This document shows, one piece after another, positions 39,514 to 49,438 of a stretch of 64,000 bases of DNA (within the stretch, counting starts at the first letter, position 1; every line of letters starts with the position of its first letter). The notes beneath the pieces are model-generated. The model was not told the origin of the DNA and ran no database searches. It saw only the letters and a list, made by a program, of their open reading frames with translations. Position numbers and translations under genes: made by a program. The stretch is from Acetobacter sp. 46_36. GTDB taxonomy: Bacteria > Pseudomonadota > Alphaproteobacteria > RF32 > CAG-239. Location: the NCBI GenBank assembly GCA_001917135.1, contig MNTT01000015.1:260222-324221 (forward strand), given 5' to 3'.

Positions 39514-41196
39514 ATGCTCAAGACCCTATCCATAAGAAATGTCGTCCTGATAGACAGTTTGGACATAGATTTTTCCGGCGGTCTGACGGTTTTGAGCGGT
39601 GAAACCGGCGCCGGCAAGTCCATTCTGCTGGATTCGCTTGGGCTTTTGCTGGGCAGCCGTTCCGAGTCGTCACTTGTGCGAACCGGGGCGGACAAACTGT
39701 CCGTAACCGGCGTTTTTGAAGTCCGTCCGGACAATAAAATTTATGACATTGCCGCGGAATATGATTTGGAAGTGGACGGCGATATCATCATTAAGCGGAC
39801 GATTTCCGCTGACGGGCGCGGCAAAATACTCTTTAATGACCAGATAATCACCTTAAAGCTGTTGCGGGAATTAAGCCGCTGCTTGATAGAAATTCACGGC
39901 CAGCACGATAATCAGGGATTACTAAATCCGGCGACCCATTGTGATATTTTGGACAGTTGCGGTGCTTGCGGGAAAGAGCTTGCAGCTGTCAGAGAGGCTT
40001 TTTCCGCTTATAAAACTGCCGCTGCTGCGCTTCGCAGCCGTGAAGAAGCCCTTAACAAAGCAAAAGAAGACGAAGAAAATCTGAAACACTGGGTGCAGGA
40101 ACTAAACAAGCTGGCACCAAAAAAAGGTGAGGAAGAAACTTTGCGTATCCGTCGCAGCGAACTGATGAATGCCGAAAAGATAATAGAAAAAATGAACGCC
40201 GCTTATGCTTATCTTAATGGCAGCAGCTCTGTATTAGACAGTATAGCCAAAGCGCAAAACGCCATTTCCCGCGTCAACGAAATTGTAAATAACAAATACG
40301 CCGATATTGAGCAAAATCTGGAAACGGCACTTTACAGCCTCAATGACGCGGTGGAACGCATAGAAGCCGGTTCGGCGGACGTTTCATTAAACCAAAATGA
40401 GATTGACGATATAGAAACACGGCTGTTTGCGCTGCGCAGCGTTGCCAAAAAACACCGAACGGAAATAGATATGCTGCCCGAAAAGCAGGAAGAATTATCT
40501 GCTGCCCTGCAAAATCTGCAAAACGGCGAAGACAGTCTGCGCGAATTGCAGGAAGAGGTCAGGCGCTTGCGTGAAGCCTATATTGCCGCGGCGTCAAAGT
40601 TAAGCGAAAAGCGCATTAAAACCGCTGCCAAACTGGATAAAAGCATTATGCGCGAACTTCCGCCGCTGAAAATGGAAAAAGCCGTTTTCAGAACTTCCGT
40701 AATCTCAAAAGAAGAAAGCCAGTGGTCGGAAAAAGGTTGGGATTCCGTTTGTTTTGAGGTATCAACCAACCCTAATACCCCGATGGGTGCGTTGAATAAG
40801 ATAGCTTCCGGAGGCGAACTGTCGCGTTTTATGCTGGCATTAAAGGTAAACCTTGCGCAGACTTCCAGTCAGGAAACGCTGATTTTTGACGAGATAGATA
40901 CAGGTATCGGCGGCGCTACGGCAGAAGCGGTGGGCGAGCGTCTGGCGCGTTTGGCGGAAAAGGTGCAGGTCATGGTTGTAACTCATTCCCCGCAGGTTGC
41001 CGCATTCGGCAGTGAACATTTTAAGGTGGAAAAAACAACTCAAAATGACATTACGACAACCAGGCTGGAAAAATTAACTGCCGCGGGCAAGGTTGAAGAA
41101 ATCGCCCGTATGCTTGCCGGAGAAAAAATTACCAAAGAAGCGCGTGCTGCGGCTCATGTTTTGCTGAACAAAGATAAAAACCCGGTATTATTTTAA
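39514..41196 (+). CDS. recN: DNA repair protein RecN
   Basis: N-terminal Walker A GETGAGKS, long coiled-coil, C-terminal signature/Walker B (GGELSRFMLALK, LIFDEIDTGIGG). Confidence 0.9.
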   Translation: MLKTLSIRNVVLIDSLDIDFSGGLTVLSGETGAGKSILLDSLGLLLGSRSESSLVRTGADKLSVTGVFEVRPDNKIYDIAAEYDLEVDGDIIIKRTISADGRGKILFNDQIITLKLLRELSRCLIEIHGQHDNQGLLNPATHCDILDSCGACGKELAAVREAFSAYKTAAAALRSREEALNKAKEDEENLKHWVQELNKLAPKKGEEETLRIRRSELMNAEKIIEKMNAAYAYLNGSSSVLDSIAKAQNAISRVNEIVNNKYADIEQNLETALYSLNDAVERIEAGSADVSLNQNEIDDIETRLFALRSVAKKHRTEIDMLPEKQEELSAALQNLQNGEDSLRELQEEVRRLREAYIAAASKLSEKRIKTAAKLDKSIMRELPPLKMEKAVFRTSVISKEESQWSEKGWDSVCFEVSTNPNTPMGALNKIASGGELSRFMLALKVNLAQTSSQETLIFDEIDTGIGGATAEAVGERLARLAEKVQVMVVTHSPQVAAFGSEHFKVEKTTQNDITTTRLEKLTAAGKVEEIARMLAGEKITKEARAAAHVLLNKDKNPVLF

Positions 41197-41394
41197 TTGG
41201 TTTCAGCCCTTTCCATTATACTTTGCTGAGTTTATCCCTGTTGCATCACGCTTGCATAGCCTTTGACTATTCCAAAGATTGCCATTTACATATCCAACAC
41301 GGCATCAGAGCGTTTATGTTATGGTTTTCACTGCTTCCTATGTTGCCGCTCTTTTTCTTTTGCATAGCAAAATTATATTTCCGGCTGTCAGATC

Positions 41395-42348
41395 CTATAA
41401 CTTCCCCTGTCTTCGTTTTAAGCGTGACAATTTATAGCTGACAACGGACGTATCTCTTCCTGTTTTGGCCAGACGGTCATACATACGTTCAATTTCTTTT
41501 TCCAGATATGCCGTTTCAATTTCATTGTCTAAGGCGACTTTTTCTTCAGCATTCCCCAAACCCCGGATGCTGCATACTTCGCGTATAATATCAACCACAT
41601 CTTTTCCCGAATTTTGCCGTTTCCGGATAAAATAGGGCAATTCGTAAACCAGCTGTCGGGTATTGTCATAAACTTTATCGCCGTCACAACATTTGTCGTA
41701 TTTGTTTTTCAGCAGGCTGAAAGCGACTTCCAGTTCAAAATCATTATCAACAACGACAAACGGTACCGGGTCGGAAAAACCTTTATTGGAAATGGATTTA
41801 AGAAATTCAAGCAAATGATGGAAAAAACCGCTGATATTGTAAAGAATAAAAGGTTTTCTTTGCAGCAACCCGTCCTGCATGGCTACGCAATCATACGCAA
41901 GCTCATCCAATGTTCCGACGCCACCCGGAGCAAATACGACAAAATCGGCATTCAGTAGCCTTTGTTTGCGCTCTTCTAATGTTTTCGCAAAAATAACGTT
42001 AATATGCTTCAGCATAATATCGTCTGAATCATAAAGCTTATAATATTCTTCGGTTGTAATCCCCTGAATGGGAAATTCAGGTGCCGGACAATGTTGTTTT
42101 TCATTCCACGCATCCATCACGCCGCGGGCAACTGCTCCCATAATACCTGAATTGGATAAGCCAAAATCAAGTTTAAATCCCATCTCGACAATTTTTTTGC
42201 CCAGAGTGTACGCCTCCTTGACATAAACCGGATTATGGCCGCCGCGCGAACCCCCGGCAACAAAGACGCGGATACCGTCTTTTTCATTTTCTTTAATAAA
42301 TGCGGAGAGTAGTTCTTCGCTGTTGTTGCAGTTCGGTTGGTTTTTCAT
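41395..42348 (-). CDS. LOG-family (TIGR00730, lysine-decarboxylase-like Rossmann) protein with ~120-aa C-terminal extension
   Basis: VFVAGGSRGG...GGVGTLDELAYD LOG/PpnN-like motifs; 317 aa versus ~190 aa for a minimal LOG protein. Confidence 0.6.
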   Translation of the reverse strand: MKNQPNCNNSEELLSAFIKENEKDGIRVFVAGGSRGGHNPVYVKEAYTLGKKIVEMGFKLDFGLSNSGIMGAVARGVMDAWNEKQHCPAPEFPIQGITTEEYYKLYDSDDIMLKHINVIFAKTLEERKQRLLNADFVVFAPGGVGTLDELAYDCVAMQDGLLQRKPFILYNISGFFHHLLEFLKSISNKGFSDPVPFVVVDNDFELEVAFSLLKNKYDKCCDGDKVYDNTRQLVYELPYFIRKRQNSGKDVVDIIREVCSIRGLGNAEEKVALDNEIETAYLEKEIERMYDRLAKTGRDTSVVSYKLSRLKRRQGKL

Positions 42349-42432
42349 AGCGTCATCTCCTCTCTTAAAATTTTTGCCGCCTTAAAAATTCTGCCGCACG
42401 CTGTCCGGTGCAAATTCGGATTTTTATCCGTT

Positions 42433-43581
<1,149 letters not shown>

Positions 43582-43602
43582 TTAAAACTGTTATCAGTTT
43601 TA

Positions 43603-44781
43603 TTATTCTTTATAAATCTTGCTCCACAAAGGTATTTCGTTACCGATTCCTTTAGCTAGCTTATCTGCTTCAATAAAAGCCATTTCTCCGCTGTCAAACA
43701 TAACCCGGTACCATTTTTTGTCGGCGGTGTATCCGGTAAGCCGGACTGTTGTTCCCCGTTCAACGGTTGCAAAAACATCAAAGCCCCGGTCAGCGCCATG
43801 CATCGCCTGCGTCGTATCCGTAACATGGTATAGCTGCAGTTTGTCATGTACGTCAACCGGAATGTCAAAAATCTTTGCAACGGCAACATCGCTGAAAACT
43901 TTCTGTCCGTTTTTAAAAATAACAACTTCTTTGACGTTGACCTTATTTTTGTTTTCAGCCTCTATTTTGCCGAGAAACAGTCCGCCGGCGATAAGAAATA
44001 ATATAATCAGCAACATAAACGGATAGAAAAGTTGTATCCTTTTCAGTTTTCCGAAATTCCATTTTCTGACGCCGAGCGGGGTGTAATCGCTTAACGTCTG
44101 TAAATATTGATTAAGATAGGGCATTTCGTCTTTGTTTGCGTAATCTCTTGCCAAGGCGGCAAGTGTTGCTGCTTCCTTTTTCTTTCCCTCGGCATTATAA
44201 GCCAAAGCGTTATGCAGCAAAAGGTTCAGATTTTCTTTTCTGGCGTTGATATGGTTTATGTTCTGGATAATAGCGGCGATATTTACAAAAAAAGCGCTGA
44301 TTCCCAAAAAGCCGTAAAGCCAGTTATGCCGGGTAATTCTGCCAATAACTTCTGCCGCTTCATAAAGGCTGCAATAATAAATTTTATCAATTTTATTGTG
44401 TCCGAGTCCTTTTCCCGTTACTTCCGTCAGATGAAAAGCCCTCATATTCAAATCTTCCTGTCCGTGCATATTTCGAAGAACGAGAAGGGCGTTCATGTCA
44501 GGAAAGTTTTCCTTGTCGTAAATTATTGACAGGAGAGTATAAGCCAGCCTTGTTTGGGGCTCTTTAAGAACATCATATGCAGCGGAGATTTTTTGAAACA
44601 TATCAACGGCATCAGGGGAGTTATTATGGTCTGGATGCCAGAATTTAGCCATATCCCGATATTTTTGCCGCAGTTCTTCTTCCGGCGTTTCCGGAGAAAC
44701 TCCCAAAACTTTATAATAGTCCAAACTGTCGTATTTAAGTTCTTTCCCCATGTTAAATCCCCTGACCAAGCTTTTTTGCAA
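43603..44781 (-). CDS. J-domain (DnaJ-like) membrane protein with C-terminal SH3b-like domain
   Basis: J domain with HPD (YYKVLGV...AKFWHPDHNN), central region with one TM (LFYPFMLLIILFLIAGGLFL), C-terminal SH3-like beta domain (WYRVMFDSGEMAFIE). Confidence 0.55.
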   Translation of the reverse strand: MQKSLVRGFNMGKELKYDSLDYYKVLGVSPETPEEELRQKYRDMAKFWHPDHNNSPDAVDMFQKISAAYDVLKEPQTRLAYTLLSIIYDKENFPDMNALLVLRNMHGQEDLNMRAFHLTEVTGKGLGHNKIDKIYYCSLYEAAEVIGRITRHNWLYGFLGISAFFVNIAAIIQNINHINARKENLNLLLHNALAYNAEGKKKEAATLAALARDYANKDEMPYLNQYLQTLSDYTPLGVRKWNFGKLKRIQLFYPFMLLIILFLIAGGLFLGKIEAENKNKVNVKEVVIFKNGQKVFSDVAVAKIFDIPVDVHDKLQLYHVTDTTQAMHGADRGFDVFATVERGTTVRLTGYTADKKWYRVMFDSGEMAFIEADKLAKGIGNEIPLWSKIYKE

Positions 44782-45589
44782 TATTGCAAATATCCAAAGC
44801 AGCCTCGGAAGTCGGGTAACGGGAAAGCAGAAGTTCTTTGTTTCTTATCGTATCCCGGATTCTCGTGTCAATTCTGACAATACCGAGCAAGTCAGGACAT
44901 TTCAACCCGTTTCGATCGGCGGCTTTGTTTAGCTCTTCATAAATTTTATATCCGTCTTCAAAAGAATTTACTTTGTTAATTATTAAATTATAATTAGCAT
45001 CAATTTTCGTTTCATTCATAAATTTAATCAAATCAAACGTTTTAATCAGGTCGGCGCTGTTTTCTGAACACATAATCAGAATATTGTCGGCAATTTGGCA
45101 TAAACTCAGGTTTTTGTCTGTCAGTTCAGTGCCGAGGTCGATAATCGTATGGTCATAATTTTCTGCCAGAATTTGCAAATCTTCGGCCATAATCTGAACC
45201 CGCCCCAGAGGTAGTTCCGCCAGATAATTGTTTCCTTGTTCGGCAGTCAGAATATGAAAATTTTTATTTTTGTATGGCACCGTCAATTGGTTTAACGTTT
45301 TCTTTCCTTTAATATAATCTTCTAAAAAAGACGTATTTTGCAAAATAAGATAAGAGCTTATATTGGAAAAATTACCGTTGCCGTCAACCAGCAGGATACG
45401 CTTTTTTTCTGCATTCAAGGCGTGGGCAATGCTTAAAGCGCACCATGAAGTTCCGATTCGTTCGGCTCCCGATATCAGCACGGATAAGTTTCTGGGCGTT
45501 TCATGCTTCAGAAACAGATTGCTGTAAATTAAATCCCGGCTTTTGTTCAAAATAACACCTGTAATAACCTGGTTTGGCAATAAAGACAC
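44753..45589 (-). CDS. ParA/MinD/CpaE-like P-loop-fold protein with degenerate Walker A
   Basis: Fold-level resemblance to MinD/ParA, but the deviant Walker A KGGxGK[ST] is replaced by SGAERIGTSW. Overlaps the upstream J-domain gene by 29 nt. Confidence 0.5.
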   Translation of the reverse strand: MSLLPNQVITGVILNKSRDLIYSNLFLKHETPRNLSVLISGAERIGTSWCALSIAHALNAEKKRILLVDGNGNFSNISSYLILQNTSFLEDYIKGKKTLNQLTVPYKNKNFHILTAEQGNNYLAELPLGRVQIMAEDLQILAENYDHTIIDLGTELTDKNLSLCQIADNILIMCSENSADLIKTFDLIKFMNETKIDANYNLIINKVNSFEDGYKIYEELNKAADRNGLKCPDLLGIVRIDTRIRDTIRNKELLLSRYPTSEAALDICNIAKKLGQGI

Positions 45590-45681
45590 ATCTCCGAAAT
45601 AATGGGAGATAAATCATTTTTTAACATAATAACATTATACTTGTAAACATTCAAAGATTCTTTTTTTACTCAGGGGGAATT

Positions 45682-46686
45682 ATGAAAATAATCAGATTAC
45701 TGGTATTATCTCTGTTATGTGTTTTTTGTGGTCAGGTGCAGGCGGCTGACAACATTATTACCATGTTTGGCAAAGATGTAAACGGATATAATCAGCCGCG
45801 ATACTATAAGAGCAGTACGAGATATGACTGGCTGGACCGTTTTGATATTGTTGCTATTTCTGATCCGGATAATTTTCCCTGGTCATCGGCAGAACAAGGG
45901 TCTGTTTTTGTAAAAATTTTTGAAGATTTGGCCCAAAAGGAACATATTGTAGTTGTTTTTTATTATCCGGGCGAGGGGTATGAACAAAGCGTCGACGATT
46001 TTGAAAAAGGCAAAGTAAAGTTTATGACTAAAACAAACGCCGTTTTTGGAACATATTATGAAAACATTCCATACTCAAAAAATGAATATATCTATCCGGC
46101 TTTTTTTGAAAATAATATTCACATTATTACATCTGCCCGCAATAACATTGCTGTTAAAACCAAAGAAGATCTTAAAAATTTTAAAGGCGTATATTCGGCA
46201 GATGACCGCTTTTCAAGTTTCGTTCTTAAAGATTTTAAGTCTTTGGGAATTAAAGAAGCAAAAGATTATCCTGAAGCTTACAGGCAGCTTTTAAGCGGAG
46301 AAGCCGATTATGTCGTGGGAACTTATTATCCCAGCCAGATAGAGCTGTATAAGCTTGGAATTCGTGATTATGTTGTTTACAGCAAAGCGCCTGTCTGGAA
46401 AATGCCTATGTTTATCCGGGCAATGCCGGGGCTTGCAGAGCATCCTCGTATGGAATATTTGAAAAAATATTTGCGTAGTTCAAGATATAAAAAGGTTCGC
46501 GATGAAGCGCTGCAGGAACTTTTAGATATTTACAGGGAAAACACTAAGGGTATTGTCCCGCCGACATATGTAAATACGGCTCCGGATAAACAGGAACCGG
46601 CAGAAGACACTCCTGCTGCCGGAAAAAATACGGACACTCTGATACCGGATTCGGCCATGCCTTTGTCTGTAAATGAGAAAAAGTAA
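45682..46686 (+). CDS. Secreted periplasmic protein, possibly solute-binding-protein (family 3)-like
   Basis: Signal peptide LLVLSLLCVFCGQVQA; bilobed SBP-like mid region (KGVYSADDRFS...GEADYVVGTYY). Weak assignment. Confidence 0.45.
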   Translation: MKIIRLLVLSLLCVFCGQVQAADNIITMFGKDVNGYNQPRYYKSSTRYDWLDRFDIVAISDPDNFPWSSAEQGSVFVKIFEDLAQKEHIVVVFYYPGEGYEQSVDDFEKGKVKFMTKTNAVFGTYYENIPYSKNEYIYPAFFENNIHIITSARNNIAVKTKEDLKNFKGVYSADDRFSSFVLKDFKSLGIKEAKDYPEAYRQLLSGEADYVVGTYYPSQIELYKLGIRDYVVYSKAPVWKMPMFIRAMPGLAEHPRMEYLKKYLRSSRYKKVRDEALQELLDIYRENTKGIVPPTYVNTAPDKQEPAEDTPAAGKNTDTLIPDSAMPLSVNEKK

Positions 46687-46751
46687 TAAATGCTTGAAAA
46701 AGATAAATTTAGATTATAATATGCCTCGTATCGTTTAGGAGAAAAACAACC

Positions 46752-47417
46752 ATGGTTCTTTTAGTTCACCACAGCATCTCGCCGCAATCTCGCAAAGTTC
46801 GCCTGATTATGGCAGAAAAGAAAATGCTTTTTGTCTTAAAAGAAGAAGAGCCATGGAAACTTTCGCAGGACATATTGGATATAAATCCTTCGGGAGATTT
46901 GCCCGTGTTGGTTTTTGACGGTAAGGTTGTTGCCGGAAATTACGCCGTAACCGAATATTTGGAAGAAAGCAATCCCCAATATAAATTGCTTCCTGAAGAG
47001 CCGGTTGCCCGGGCAGAAGTGCGCCGGATTATGGATTGGTTTGACACAAAATTTTTTAACGAAGTCTATAAATATATTGTTGCAGAAAAAATTATAAAAC
47101 GGTTTCAGCTAAAACAGGCGCCAAATTCCAAAATTTTAAAAGCCGGATTGAATAATTTGAAATTTCATATGGAATATATAGATTATTTGGCCGACCGGAA
47201 CAATTACCTTGCCGGGAAAAACCTGACATTGGCCGATCTAACCGTAGCTGCGCACTTATCAATCATAGACTATTTAGGCGATATTCCGTGGAATGATTAT
47301 AAAAATGCCAAATTATGGTACGCAAAAATAAAATCGCGTCCGAGTTTTAAAGATATTTTGAAAGACAATATCCGCGGCATATCTCCGTCAGCGAACTATT
47401 CAAACCTGGATTTTTGA
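46752..47417 (+). CDS. Glutathione S-transferase family protein
   Basis: N-terminal thioredoxin-like GST domain (LLVHHSISPQSRKVRLIMAEK...LPVLVFDGKVV), C-terminal helical domain. Confidence 0.75.
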   Translation: MVLLVHHSISPQSRKVRLIMAEKKMLFVLKEEEPWKLSQDILDINPSGDLPVLVFDGKVVAGNYAVTEYLEESNPQYKLLPEEPVARAEVRRIMDWFDTKFFNEVYKYIVAEKIIKRFQLKQAPNSKILKAGLNNLKFHMEYIDYLADRNNYLAGKNLTLADLTVAAHLSIIDYLGDIPWNDYKNAKLWYAKIKSRPSFKDILKDNIRGISPSANYSNLDF

Positions 47418-47418
47418 A

Positions 47419-47874
47419 ATGAAAAAACTCAGTCTGACATTGTTGGTTTTTCTGCTGGCCGCTTGTGGCAGTACGACAAGGGGGCAGGTTGTATTCCACT
47501 GGGATCGCTATAATACCGGCGGGCTTAAATTTGCCCGGGATCATTCCGAATGTATGCGGGAAGCGGAAGCCTTCAAGCTCTTGCCGAATTTTAAAAGCTG
47601 GTTTTATACGGAAGAACAGAGATACAATATTGTTGTAAAATGGCATAAAGAACATGGAATATGGGCAAGTTTTGTTCCGTATCCGGGGGCAATGCCGGTG
47701 ATGGTCAATTCCGTTCGGGACGATACGGACGCCAGCCCTCGTAAATATCAAAAATGTATGTTGCGTAAGGGGTATGTGGAACGGACGACCGATATTCCGG
47801 AGGCCAGCAACTTATTTGTTTACAAGCCTCAAAGCGTAAATCAGGATGCCCCGTTAGACAGTACATATCCATAA
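47419..47874 (+). CDS. Lipoprotein of unknown function
   Basis: Lipobox LLAACGS; 151 aa; start 1 nt after the GST stop. Confidence 0.5.
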   Translation: MKKLSLTLLVFLLAACGSTTRGQVVFHWDRYNTGGLKFARDHSECMREAEAFKLLPNFKSWFYTEEQRYNIVVKWHKEHGIWASFVPYPGAMPVMVNSVRDDTDASPRKYQKCMLRKGYVERTTDIPEASNLFVYKPQSVNQDAPLDSTYP

Positions 47875-48021
47875 CACGGGCTAAAAATTATCCCTGATTA
47901 AATGCTGTTTGCGGTTTCTCCGTGACATGTACGGCGTAAGGGTATTTTAGTAAAATCTTCTGTAAATAATTAACGGGTGCAAATCCTGAATACTGCGGTG
48001 AAACTGCGCCACAGAGATGAA

Positions 48022-49438
48022 TTATTTGCATATTTCTAAATTATATCCTCCGCCGGTAGCTTTATAAAATGCCGTAATATATTGCAAAATTTCGGCATTG
48101 CTGGCAGCTAATGCGGTTTGCGCATTCAAAAGGTTCTGTTCGGCGGTGGCAACGTCTGTAAAATCGACCAGCCCGTTTTCGTATTTTTCACGGGTAAGGT
48201 TCATAACATTGCGCATTTTATAATACGAATTTTTACGGTAAGCATTTGTTTTATAGGCCTGTTCTGTTGCTGTAATGGCATTTTTGATTTCCGAAATGGC
48301 TGTAAGCATGGCTTCATTATAATTTAAAATGTATTCTTCTTTAATATGCTTTTGCAGTTCTATATTGTTTGTCAGCTGCCCCCAATGCCAGACAGGCAGG
48401 CTTAATCCCGGAGTGTAACCGTAAACCTGGCTGTCTTTATTAAAAAGGGAATTGCCGCTTGAAGAAATAAAGCCAAAAGTTGCGCTGAGGCTGACAGTTG
48501 GGTACAAATTTGTTATGGCTTCGCTGACAACTGCATTTTGCGCCCGAATAGTCGCCTCGGAGGCCATAATGTCAGGACGGGAGCGGATAATGCTGAGCGG
48601 CAGGTCATATAACCTTTTTTGTGCTATAATTAAAAGTCGTTGCCGTGATGTTTTTCTTATATTTGTCAAGATTTATCGGCAGATTGCTGGGAAGAACGCC
48701 CAATAAGACGGCAATAGCGTTTTTATAGCTTTCAATTTGCTGTTTTAATGGCGGAATACTGGATTTTGTCGTTTCTACGGCATATTCGGCCTGATTTAGA
48801 GCTAGTTCGTCGGCAATTCCTGCGGTATATTTATCTCGGACAGTTTGCAGAATATCTTGTTGTAATGCCAGATTCTTTTGTGCAATAAACAGTTTTTCCT
48901 GAGCTTCCCGCAGCCCGATGTAATTGCCGGTAACCTCTGCGGTAATGGAAACTTTTAAATCTAGCAGAGTATACTGGTAATTATGCATAAGCTCATAATA
49001 TTGTTCGGTAATATATTTCCCTTTTCCCCAGATATCCAGCTCCCAGGAGGTATCCAATCCGACTTTAAAGGCATTTATGTCATACGAATAATCCTGATTG
49101 TCGCTGGCCTTACTGAAATTATATTCACCGTTTGCATCAATCATGGGGTAACTGGTTTTGGCATTAATCATCAGGGAATAGCGGGATTGTTGCAGGCGCT
49201 CTATTCCCTGCCGTATCGTAAAATTATTATTTAAAGCGTGATTAATCAGTGTATTTAAATCACTGTCTTTAAAAATCTCATACCAGGCAGAACTGACAGA
49301 ATTTCCGTTTTTTTTCAGATTCAGATTTTCTTGAACATCATACGGTGTAATAATTTCCGTATGGTGGTACTCTTCGCCGACATGGCATGATCCGAGCAGG
49401 AATGAAAGTAAAAAAATATGATATTTATGCATTTGCAT
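48022..49438 (-). pseudogene. Outer-membrane efflux factor (TolC/OprM/NodT family lipoprotein) split by a frameshift near 48605-48669 into 316-aa and 215-aa ORFs
   Basis: The N-terminal ORF has lipobox LLGSC and the first OMF repeat. The C-terminal ORF has the second repeat. Together they give ~510 aa, typical of this family. The ORFs overlap by 65 nt in different frames, with an A6/T6 homopolymer at 48615-48620. Directly downstream of the RND pump stop. Confidence 0.6.
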
